This document shows, piece after piece, positions 10,161-18,824 of a DNA stretch of 64,000 nucleotides. The stretch lies in assembly GCA_963843375.1 (NCBI GenBank), contig CAWJKT010000004.1, forward strand, positions 192,001 to 256,000. The letters run 5' to 3'. The translations under genes were made by a program, and so were the position numbers. The DNA comes from an uncultured Pseudomonadota bacterium (lineage in GTDB: Bacteria > Oederibacteriota > Muellerivitia > Muellerivitales > Muellerivitaceae). Position 1 is the stretch's first letter. Every line of letters starts with the position of its first letter. Below the pieces are notes generated by a model, which saw only the letters and a program-made list of their open reading frames with translations, ran no database searches and was not told the origin of the DNA.

Positions 10161-12206
10161 TTATTTGGCCTTCTCAACGGATGGCCAGGGGATCAAATTT
10201 TGTTTTATCAACTCATGAGCCAATACTAGGGCTTCGACGAAATAACCATCCGAACTGAAATGGTCGTATTCCGTGTGGTCGGAGATGGGAAACCAAGGCG
10301 ATCGCAGGGCCACAAAATCGTCTGACAAATTCAACAAAGGGATTCCAGTATAGTCTCGTAGATCATTCCAGAAGGGTTTTTGCGCTTCCACGGGGAAAAA
10401 CTGGCCGGTAGGCAGAATGCCCAAGTAAAAGGGAACGGGACGGCCCGAGGAGGTCCGGATGACCCCAATTTTATCTTTGAGCATACGGATGGGTTTGCCG
10501 ATAAGCTGCACCAAGTCCTTCTTAATTTCAGGTTCGGCCACCAGCTGATTGAAATCGGCGAACCAGAGCTCCTTGTCCTCAATCCGGGCCAGTTTTTTGC
10601 TCTGGCAAAGTTTGAAAAAATCACCCGCTAAGCCCGACGGCATTTTCTCGGCGATGGGCTTCAGAAGCGATTCTGGATCCCTATCCTGGGTGGGAATACC
10701 TTCGGCAGTGAGGGACCTCAAAAAGTAGGACTGAAATGAAAATTCCGTATCGTTGTTGGTACGTCCATTAAAAACCCCCGGAGTGAACATGTTGGGGCTG
10801 AACATCATGAGCACCAAATCCACGTCATATTTTTTGGCTACAGTGGGGGTGAAATAATAGGGCCAAAGGAAAAGAGGCTTGATCCCGGGCATGGCTTGGG
10901 TAAGGACCTCAAAATGAACCGGGCTGTCGTCAAGCGAGGCCAAAGTGTTCAATTCAAGCTCCAACCGTTTGGTTAAACCGTCCATCAGGTTGTCATGCGC
11001 CCAACCCCTTTTTTTATGGTCGTCAGGGAAGGTGTGATAAATGTGGGAATCTCCCACCATAAGAATTCGAAAAGTATGAGGAGGTTTTGAGGGTGGATAA
11101 TCCCAATCCGTTAAACCTGTGGGAAGCGGCGTGTCCGGACCTGTAGCGATGAATTCATCTTGAAAAATGTCGTGAAACGAGAAAAGACAATTCCATTGGG
11201 GGTTGGCAATATAAAAACATTCGGGTGAAAAGGGATCGGGTATGAATTGGAGATTGTTATCGACACTAATACCGTCAAAACATGGCGGAGTATCCCCCGG
11301 GGTCGGAAGGGTTTCTCCCCAGGCCGAGACTAGGTGGATTGGCCCGGTTAAATCCTGGGGAATTATCCGCCTTAAAGGACTGGCAGGATCGTTTTGAATA
11401 GCATAGATACCTTTTTCTGAAGCCGATAAGGCCAATATCGCATGACCCTCTCCGATTGGGTTAAACAAGAATTTTCCATCCCCTTGTTCAACCAATTGGT
11501 AAATTTCGTTTAGGTTCCGATCCGCGACATAGATTTGGTCCTTCCAAAGGCAAAGAGCCTCGGGATTGGGAACTTCGGCCCGGTGTTGGAAAACAGTAAT
11601 TATTTGATTCGTTTTTAAATCGAGTTTTTGAACGCCATCCTGGGTGGGTTCGGAAAGAAAAAGACTGTTTTGGGAAGCCTGGTAAACCATACTCCAGATG
11701 GTTCCCAGGGCGCATTGAAGGGCGATTCCTTCTTGCATCCCGTCAGTTCCGTTACCCGCTAGGGTCGCGACGGTTTTTTTGACTAAGTCCAACACCCGGA
11801 TTCGATGGTTCCCGGCGTCAAATACCGCTAATTGGGTTGGAGAGATAAAAACCAGGCACGTGGGGGAACGAAAGAGGGCGGTATCAAAGGAACCGTCCTG
11901 GTAACCCTCTTGATCACGGCCCGCAAGAGTGGAAACTTCGTTTTGGTTATTGAAATCAACCATTCTTATGCAATTATTGTCCTTGTCGGAAACATACAAT
12001 TTATCCCCTGTGGCGTTGATCGCGAGGCCCAAGGGATGATTAAAGGTTGCATTGTAAAAGCTTCCGTCTTGATGACCGGCAGAGCTTTCGCCCGCCACCA
12101 AACTGATATATCCCCACATAGGACTTAGGGCTAGGGATGACTGATAAAGGAAGAAAAATAATAAAAGGGTCCAAATGTAAGAATTTTTTTGCGGGAGGAT
12201 AAACAC
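10161..12206 (-). CDS. Secreted NHL-repeat + SGNH-like domain protein (single module)
   Basis: Signal-like N-terminus, NHL repeats (FNHPLGLA, LYVSDKDNNCIR), FRILMVGDSH nucleophile block and C-terminal YDHFSSDG. Confidence 0.75.
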   Translation of the reverse strand: MFILPQKNSYIWTLLLFFFLYQSSLALSPMWGYISLVAGESSAGHQDGSFYNATFNHPLGLAINATGDKLYVSDKDNNCIRMVDFNNQNEVSTLAGRDQEGYQDGSFDTALFRSPTCLVFISPTQLAVFDAGNHRIRVLDLVKKTVATLAGNGTDGMQEGIALQCALGTIWSMVYQASQNSLFLSEPTQDGVQKLDLKTNQIITVFQHRAEVPNPEALCLWKDQIYVADRNLNEIYQLVEQGDGKFLFNPIGEGHAILALSASEKGIYAIQNDPASPLRRIIPQDLTGPIHLVSAWGETLPTPGDTPPCFDGISVDNNLQFIPDPFSPECFYIANPQWNCLFSFHDIFQDEFIATGPDTPLPTGLTDWDYPPSKPPHTFRILMVGDSHIYHTFPDDHKKRGWAHDNLMDGLTKRLELELNTLASLDDSPVHFEVLTQAMPGIKPLFLWPYYFTPTVAKKYDVDLVLMMFSPNMFTPGVFNGRTNNDTEFSFQSYFLRSLTAEGIPTQDRDPESLLKPIAEKMPSGLAGDFFKLCQSKKLARIEDKELWFADFNQLVAEPEIKKDLVQLIGKPIRMLKDKIGVIRTSSGRPVPFYLGILPTGQFFPVEAQKPFWNDLRDYTGIPLLNLSDDFVALRSPWFPISDHTEYDHFSSDGYFVEALVLAHELIKQNLIPWPSVEKAK

Positions 12207-12320
12207 GAAGAAATTTTTACCTTATATTTTTTTTTGACTAAATTTAATCATTTGATCCGGCAATGAATCGACAAATTTAGAACAGTTTAAAGTGAAAATC
12301 TTCGGAAGTCAAAAAGAGGA

Positions 12321-12842
12321 GTGGTTGAGGTGATCTACGGTGTTTTAGCCGATACCAGGGGTGTTTTAACTCCCGCACAAGTCCATTCCCTCAAAAAAGC
12401 ATTTAAAGGGGTGGATTGTATCCTGCACGCGGGCCCCGTGGGGGACCTGAGGGTAATTGAACAATTGACGAAGATCGCTCCGACCCGGGCGGTTTGTGGA
12501 AACGCCGAAAGCCCCATTGTGCGTTCCGAGCTTTTTGTGTGGCAGGCCTGGAAATCCGGACTTCTAAAAATGGGATTGATCCATGGCTATGGTAAACCCC
12601 ATGGTTTAAAGGCTTGGCTAGTGAAACAATTCGAAACGAACCCAGTACAGGTCATTGTTTATGGGCGCAACTTTGAACCCACTGCTCGGCAAATGGGGAG
12701 CATCTTTTTTTTCAGTCCTGGTTCCTTTTCGGGCGGTCTGCCGGAGGGATTTCACGGCAAGAAAGGCCCTTGCCGCGTGGGTTTGCTGTTTATTCGTGGT
12801 AAAAAAGTGGATGGACAAGCCGGAATCTTGGTGGACGCTTGA
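12321..12842 (+). CDS. YfcE/MJ0936/Vps29-like metallophosphoesterase-fold protein with degenerate metal ligands
   Basis: Motif layout is retained (ADTRG, ILHAGP, AVCGNAE, LIHG, IVYGRNF, FSPGS) but most His/Asp ligands are replaced. GAGGA RBS. Confidence 0.7.
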   Translation: MVEVIYGVLADTRGVLTPAQVHSLKKAFKGVDCILHAGPVGDLRVIEQLTKIAPTRAVCGNAESPIVRSELFVWQAWKSGLLKMGLIHGYGKPHGLKAWLVKQFETNPVQVIVYGRNFEPTARQMGSIFFFSPGSFSGGLPEGFHGKKGPCRVGLLFIRGKKVDGQAGILVDA

Positions 12843-12927
12843 CGGCTTTCCCAAGAAAGCCGATATAATATAATAGACACATCCAGACCGCCTCTGGGCG
12901 GCACTTGTATTCAAAGAGAGGTCGAAA

Positions 12928-13251
12928 ATGGTTCAATTAACCGAAAAAGCAATCACCAAAGTGAAGGATTTCGGGGTCAAGAACGAGGCTTATAAGGGAA
13001 AAAATTTCAGGGTTTATGTCCAAGGCGGCGGCTGCAATGGTTTTTCCTATGGATTCACCTTTGATCAGCAGAGAGATGGAGATGAAATAAATAAAGCGGG
13101 GGATATTGATATCCTCTTGGATCCTCAAAGCGCCAAATACTTGAACGGCGCCAGAATTGATTATGTGGAAGACTACAAGGGAACGGGATTCGTTATCGAC
13201 AATCCCAATACCACCGGTTCCTGCGGATGTGGAAATTCGGTCAGTTTTTAA
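12928..13251 (+). CDS. erpA: A-type Fe-S cluster carrier (HesB/IscA/ErpA family)
   Basis: GGGCNGFSY and NPN..GSCGCGNS signature motifs. Confidence 0.92.
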   Translation: MVQLTEKAITKVKDFGVKNEAYKGKNFRVYVQGGGCNGFSYGFTFDQQRDGDEINKAGDIDILLDPQSAKYLNGARIDYVEDYKGTGFVIDNPNTTGSCGCGNSVSF

Positions 13252-13323
13252 ATCCGGTTCTTCCGAATGGGACGGGGTGAAGGCCTTGTCCCTTTTTATT
13301 TCAAGTATTTACAAGGGCGTCTC

Positions 13324-14013
13324 ATGGCTTCCTGGCGGCTCATTCCCTCAACAGCTGTTCCAGCCGAGGGCCAAATGGCCCATGACGAGGAATTATTCAA
13401 GCGGTTTCAACCCGGCCAGCCCCCGATCCTAAGATTTTTCTATTTCGAGCGACCTACCTTGACACTGGGACGGTTGGAATCCAGAAGACTCAACCTATCC
13501 GAACTTTCCCTTCCATATGAAATCCGTCCCACCGGTGGACGCGCTGTCCTCCATGGTGAAGGGGACCTTTGTTATTCCATTGTGGCTTCCACCTCCGATC
13601 CTTTGGTGGGGGGGGATCTTTTGGAAAGCTACCAGAAAATCAGCCTCCTTATGGCTAATGCCCTTCGCAGAATGGACCGGGACGTCCAGCTTTCAGAAGA
13701 AAGGCATTCTGGATTGCAAACCGGCCATTGTTTTTCCTCGCCCTCTTTCGCCGAATTAGTCTTTCACGGGAAAAAAGTTGCCGGAGGTGCCCAAGCCCGG
13801 GAAGGTAGTGTTTTCCTCCAACAAGGCGTCATCCTCCTTTCAGTCTCGCCGGAATGGAAGAATCTTTTTGGGGCTTCATTCGAAAGCCCTATGTCGGGGT
13901 TGAATGACGATTCGGAAATTCCTTTTTTGAGCCGTAAGGATTTGGAATCGGCTCTCGTGCAAAGTTTTGAGAAAGTTGGAATTATCTTTGAGAAGCCGAT
14001 GGCCGCCGTTTAG
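13324..14013 (+). CDS. Lipoate-protein ligase A / LipM-like octanoyltransferase
   Basis: MAHDE, LRFF..PTLTLG, RPTGGRAVLH..DLCYS and KKVAGGAQ motifs; adjacent to lpdA. Confidence 0.88.
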   Translation: MASWRLIPSTAVPAEGQMAHDEELFKRFQPGQPPILRFFYFERPTLTLGRLESRRLNLSELSLPYEIRPTGGRAVLHGEGDLCYSIVASTSDPLVGGDLLESYQKISLLMANALRRMDRDVQLSEERHSGLQTGHCFSSPSFAELVFHGKKVAGGAQAREGSVFLQQGVILLSVSPEWKNLFGASFESPMSGLNDDSEIPFLSRKDLESALVQSFEKVGIIFEKPMAAV

Positions 14014-14056
14014 GACGGGTAATCTTCAGCAAGAATTATTCTAAAAAAGGAAAAGA

Positions 14057-15341
14057 ATGAAAAAGTTCGATGTACTCATCATTGGGGGGGGGCCGGGGGG
14101 CTATACAGCGGCCCTGCTCTTGGCCCAGCAGGGAAAAACTATCGCCCTATTTGAGAAACAAAAAATCGGAGGTTCCTGCCTTCATGTAGGTTGTATCCCC
14201 ACCAAATTGCTTCAATCGGCTGCTGCCCGCTTCCACGTTTTGACCAAAGAAGGAAAAAGCTGGGGTATCGAAGCGGACAATATCCGGTTTAATTTTCAAA
14301 CGCTCGTGGAACGAACACAAAAAACAATCGCGATCCTTGAACGCGGCATTCAATCCCAACTTTCCGCCGCCAAAGTGGTAGTGATCCAGGGCGAGGCTGA
14401 AGTTAAGGATTCAACCCTGGTGAAGTGTAACGGGGAAGAATACCAAGGGATAAACATATTCTTGGCCCTGGGTTCTCGGCCACGCCATTTGCCGGCTTTT
14501 CCGGTGGGCAGTTCTGTCGTCACCAGTGATGAACTATTAAGCCAACCTAAACTTCCCAAATCACTCCTGATTGTTGGAGCGGGAGTTATTGGAGTTGAAT
14601 TCGCCTGTCTTTATGCCCAATTAGGCGTTAAGGTCCGCATGGGGGAGGTATTGCCTAAACTTTTACCCAACATGGACGAGGAGTTGGGGCAGGTTCTCTT
14701 AAATTCGGTACGTAAGATTGGCGTGGAAATAGAACTTGGATTATTGGAAGTCAAACGCAAAGACGAGGAAGTCATTCTGGTGTCAGCGGGAAGATTGTCC
14801 AATTCAGATAAGGCTGGCATAGGCAATTTGGGATTAAAAATCCAAGGTGGTAAAATCGAAACCAATGGGTTCATGGAGACTTCGGTATCAGGTGTTTTCG
14901 CCCTTGGCGACTTGACGGGCAAGTATCCCTACGCTCATACCGCTTATGAGCATGCACGAATCGCGGCAGGCCGTTTGAAGGGCGGAACCGAAGAAATGGA
15001 TGACTTCAAGGTGCCCCATGTGGTTTTCACCTCGCCGGAAATCGCGGCAGTGGGATATACGGAAGACGAAGCGAAGATGAACTTTAAAAATGTGAAAGTT
15101 TTAAAACGTCATTTCGCGGCCAACAGTAAGGCCAGGATCCTTGGGGAAATCGGCGGTTGGTCCAAAATGGTTTATGATGGGGATACGGGTAGAATTTTGG
15201 GGGTACATGTGACCGGTCCAGAAGCGACAGACCTTATAGGTGAAGCTTGCCTGATTGTGTCGCAGAAGATGACAATGGACAAGACTCGATAAAGTGATCC
15301 ATCCTCATCCAACCCTAAACGAGATATTTGGGTCCCATTAA
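14057..15341 (+). CDS. lpdA: Dihydrolipoyl dehydrogenase; frameshift near 15281 separates the C-terminal HPTLNE motif
   Basis: GGGPGG, GGSCLHVGCIPTK and GAGVIGVE motifs. The shifted frame reads RLDKVIHPHPTLNEIFGSH* and ends at 15341. Confidence 0.92.
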
Positions 15342-15446
15342 GGCTTATTCAGCCTTTCTTTTTTGGTTCAGTCTTTTCCTTTTTTGACGTTAGAATATGG
15401 ACAAAAGTAGGCGGTTTATTGAAGGATTTTTCCGGGAGAGTCATGA

Positions 15447-15809
15447 ATGAGAGGATTTGCGGGTTTATTTTTTACACTTACGATGTTCGTCGGGATACCC
15501 GTTTTGGCTGACCCCCCCATGAAGGTTATCTATAGCACTTCCGCTACCACCCACTTCAATTGGAAATGGCCATATCATCCAGTTGAAAAGTACACGGCCG
15601 TCCAAGACCAAGCCTTATTATTACACCGGTCAATTCATGAATTTTACCCATGGAAGACGTTTCTAAATACCGCCACTACTTTCCGACAAAGAACTTGCCG
15701 GAATGAGTGGGGTTATTTCTTTCCGCCGGGGACTAAGCTTTGTCCCAAACGCCCCGCCATTATTTTTGGCGATCCCAACGCCTATACCGAAGTCATTTAC
15801 CAGAAATAA
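15447..15809 (+). CDS. Small secreted hypothetical protein
   Basis: GGGAG RBS, signal peptide ending VLA-DP, 120 aa, two Cys. Confidence 0.55.
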   Translation: MRGFAGLFFTLTMFVGIPVLADPPMKVIYSTSATTHFNWKWPYHPVEKYTAVQDQALLLHRSIHEFYPWKTFLNTATTFRQRTCRNEWGYFFPPGTKLCPKRPAIIFGDPNAYTEVIYQK

Positions 15810-16029
15810 AGATTTGACGGTGAAACCCTCCGGTATTTGAACCTTAGACTCAAAGCCTATTTTCAGTTTAGGTTATTCCTACAATTTTGTTCAACAGCTC
15901 ATTTTTCCCTTTTCGAAATCTTTAAAATTTTCACCCAAAATCCTCACTTTTTGAATTTTTTTTGTCCTTTAAACATCCATTTCAAGATAAATTTTTGATG
16001 ATTTTTTAGAAAACGTTATTTTTCTCCAC

Positions 16030-16045
16030 TGGTATGACAATTGCT
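16030..16045 (+). promoter_or_regulatory. Putative sigma54 (-24/-12) promoter
   Basis: TGGTATGACAATTGCT has exact GG-N10-GC spacing with TTGCT. It lies ~50 nt upstream of the ATG at 16098 and follows a long AT-rich tract. Confidence 0.55.
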
Positions 16046-16097
16046 TTAGCTATTGGAATTAAAAGGGTTTCTCGAACCCGTCGGTCAAGAGGCGAAG

Positions 16098-16586
16098 ATG
16101 TTCCGAAAGTTCAAATTCGAAGAAGAATTATACGGAAAACTTCATGCAATACCGATGTCCACCCGCTTTAAACTGGATCGAATCGGCCTTAGATTAAATA
16201 CCAAAAGTTGGAACCGGTTTTCAAGCGAAGAAAAACTGGTTCTTTGCCATTTATCCGTCCGAAGCCAAGGCGAGGTGGAATGTTATAAGGAATACCTCCT
16301 ATATTTGCTCCACCGATTAAAAGAAAAAGTCGAATGGTTCGATCCCGAAACGTCTAAGCGTGAAAAATACCAATGGGAAAATTTGACCCGGATACCGGAA
16401 AGCGTTTATTTAAAGGTTCTTACATTAAAAGGACTATTAACCGCAGTGGAATGGATTCGGTTGGACGATTTAGAACGTTATGCTCTGTTTCGCCTTTCTA
16501 CCGATAAATACAGCGAGGACCAGTTTGCGAAGGCCCTGGAAGAATTTCTGGGCATTTCTCTGGCGAAAAAAGCGGAAGCTTCCTAA
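16098..16586 (+). CDS. Nitrate reductase-associated protein (NarM-like)
   Basis: F.FEEE....L..IPM..RFKLD..G..L....W and W..LDDLERYALFRLS.....F..ALEEF match the NarM-family pattern as I recall it. ATG at 16098 with AGAGG RBS. Confidence 0.7.
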   Translation: MFRKFKFEEELYGKLHAIPMSTRFKLDRIGLRLNTKSWNRFSSEEKLVLCHLSVRSQGEVECYKEYLLYLLHRLKEKVEWFDPETSKREKYQWENLTRIPESVYLKVLTLKGLLTAVEWIRLDDLERYALFRLSTDKYSEDQFAKALEEFLGISLAKKAEAS

Positions 16587-16726
16587 GCGACTCCCTATTT
16601 GTAACCCGATCGATGGATTTTTGTAACAATTGTTTAACCTGGATTTGGGAATATTCTACCAAGCCAGTGGCCCGCTCCTCCTTCTCCCCTCAACGCCAAG
16701 GACCACATGGGTTTTGAGGAGGAAAC

Positions 16727-16909
16727 ATGTTGCGGTTGGATCCCTATTCCGAAAGCATCCTGTTTCAATGTGACCGTTGTCGGCATATCGGGGAATTGAT
16801 TACCGACGTGGTGGAAGATGAGGGCTTTTTCTATTGCTGGGGTTGTTTAGCCGAGATGAACCGAAAAAAAGGAAAGGAGGTCAAAAAAGAAAAATATGCC
16901 ATCAAATGA
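16727..16909 (+). CDS. Small zinc-finger-like protein (CxxC-x18-CxxC)
   Basis: Strong GAGGAGG RBS; CDRC...CWGC; basic tail. Confidence 0.65.
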   Translation: MLRLDPYSESILFQCDRCRHIGELITDVVEDEGFFYCWGCLAEMNRKKGKEVKKEKYAIK

Positions 16910-17075
16910 AAGTCTTGCGTTGGTGACGAAAGTGGAGTGTTTCCACTGTCAGATCCAAGTTGATTCTTGCTCCGTCTTCACCACGGAAACGGGAAATCAC
17001 TTTTGTTTAACCTGCTGGTTGGAAAAAGGACAAAACCGTATTTCCCACCGGCGTTTAACCCTGATCGAACTTTAA
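16896..17075 (+). CDS. Second small zinc-finger-like protein, 59 aa (not in ORF track)
   Basis: MPSNESLALVTKVECFHCQIQVDSCSVFTTETGNHFCLTCWLEKGQNRISHRRLTLIEL*. AGGAGG at 16875-16880; overlaps the upstream gene; same Cys spacing. Confidence 0.55.
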   Translation: MPSNESLALVTKVECFHCQIQVDSCSVFTTETGNHFCLTCWLEKGQNRISHRRLTLIEL

Positions 17076-17146
17076 AAAATTATTTTATCGTTGTTATTAA
17101 TTCCATATCCCGCTCGGGAATTGGAATTTTTTATTTTTGGCCCATG

Positions 17147-17890
17147 TCAAATTTGGATTTTTGAGAAAAGATAGCTTCCGACCGCCAAAATGAGCGCCGA
17201 GACCAAGATCAACACCCCCAAATCGATTCCAAGCCCATAGAAAGAAGTCCCCCCCAAGCAAGTCCTTAATCCATCCACGCCATAAGAAAGGGGGTTCAAG
17301 GTTGTCACCAGCGCCATTCCTCCTGGAAGCCCGGAGAGCGGGAACATGGCTCCAGACAAAAAGAACATCGGCATTACGAGAAAGTTCATGATGAGGGGAA
17401 AACTTTGCATATCGTTCACCTGGGAGGCTAAGGCCGTCCCAAAAGCGGTGAAAAGCACGGCGATAAGGAACATAAATACCAAGGCTAGTGGAAGGGCTGT
17501 CAACGAGGGCCTGAACCCGAAGAGGGAAGCCAAGCCTAAAACAATCAAGCCTTGCAGTAGGGCTACTGTGGCCCCGCCCATCGTGCGGCCGATCATGATA
17601 TGGAGCCGTGGCACGGGGGCTACCAGGGTTTCCTTCAGGAATCCGAACTGCCGATCCCAGATAATCTCGATCCCCGAAAAAACACCGGTAAAGAGGATTC
17701 CCATGGAGATGACCCCCGGCGCCAGAAACTGCAGGTAGTCCCCCTTGCCGGCCTGGGAATAAATCTTCCCGAAACCGAAGCCGAAAGCCAGCAGGAAAAT
17801 TAAAGGCTGGCCCAGGGAACCGATCATCCTCGGTTTGGAACGGAAATAGCGCTTCAACTGCCTCAGCCACATGATGTAAATAGTGCTCAT
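17147..17890 (-). CDS. ABC-2 type exporter permease (DrrB-like)
   Basis: IIWDRQFGFLKETLVAPV, FFLSGAMFP and NPLSYGVDGLR motifs; multiple TM segments. Confidence 0.92.
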   Translation of the reverse strand: MSTIYIMWLRQLKRYFRSKPRMIGSLGQPLIFLLAFGFGFGKIYSQAGKGDYLQFLAPGVISMGILFTGVFSGIEIIWDRQFGFLKETLVAPVPRLHIMIGRTMGGATVALLQGLIVLGLASLFGFRPSLTALPLALVFMFLIAVLFTAFGTALASQVNDMQSFPLIMNFLVMPMFFLSGAMFPLSGLPGGMALVTTLNPLSYGVDGLRTCLGGTSFYGLGIDLGVLILVSALILAVGSYLFSKIQI

Positions 17891-17891
17891 A

Positions 17892-18689
17892 TCAGCGCCT
17901 CCACATTTTTCTCTGAGTCCGAAGGCCCTCAATATCGGAAGAATTCTCATCGCGCAAGGCATGGCCAGTCAGGCGAATAAAGGCGTCTTCGAGGGACTTG
18001 GCCCGGGCCTTTTTCTTCAGCGCTGCAGGGGTGCCTTGGGCAATAATTTTTCCATGGTCAATGATAGTGACCTGGTCCGCCACCCGCTCGGCTTCTTCCA
18101 TGTAATGAGTCGTGAAAAACACGGTAATCTTTTCCTTCTGGTTCAGGTTCTTAATGTAGTTCCAGATATGGTTTCGGGTCTGGGGATCAAGCCCTACAGT
18201 GGGTTCGTCCAGGAAAAGAATCTTAGGATGGTGTAGGAGACCCCGCGCAATTTCTAACCGTCTTTTCATCCCACCGGAAAACTGTTTCACCAGGTCGTTA
18301 CGGCGGTCCCAGAGTTCAACAATCTTCAAAAGTTCTTCCACGCGTTGTTTCCTCAAGACAGAGGGAACTTTGTACAGGACCCCATGAAATTCCATGTTTT
18401 CTCGAGCCGTCAGTTCGTCATCCAGGCTGGAGTCCTGAAACACAATGCCGAATGACCTGCGCACTTCGGTTTGCTCCCTGACGGGATCATGGCCATCCAA
18501 AATGATTTGGCCCGCCGTGGGTTTCAATAATGTCGTCAACATTTTAATCGACGTAGTTTTACCGGCGCCATTGGGACCCAGAAAACCGAAGACTTGGCCT
18601 TTTTCCACTGTGAAAGAAATTCCATTGACCGCGGTGATATCGGCGAATTTCTTGGTGAGGTTTTTCACAACGATTATAAGGTTTTTCAT
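17892..18689 (-). CDS. ABC exporter ATP-binding protein (DrrA-like)
   Basis: Walker A GPNGAGKTT, signature FSGGMKRRL, Walker B LFLDEPT, H-loop TTHYMEEA. Confidence 0.95.
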   Translation of the reverse strand: MKNLIIVVKNLTKKFADITAVNGISFTVEKGQVFGFLGPNGAGKTTSIKMLTTLLKPTAGQIILDGHDPVREQTEVRRSFGIVFQDSSLDDELTARENMEFHGVLYKVPSVLRKQRVEELLKIVELWDRRNDLVKQFSGGMKRRLEIARGLLHHPKILFLDEPTVGLDPQTRNHIWNYIKNLNQKEKITVFFTTHYMEEAERVADQVTIIDHGKIIAQGTPAALKKKARAKSLEDAFIRLTGHALRDENSSDIEGLRTQRKMWRR

Positions 18690-18824
18690 GGAGGTCTTTT
18701 TAACATAACCCTTTATAGGAACCAAGAGACAATCAAAATAGTTAAGGTCCGGAGGATGTAAATGATCGACTAAAGTTCAAGTCCACTTTCCAAATTCAAT
18801 TTGCTTTGCTAAAAGTTTGAATAA

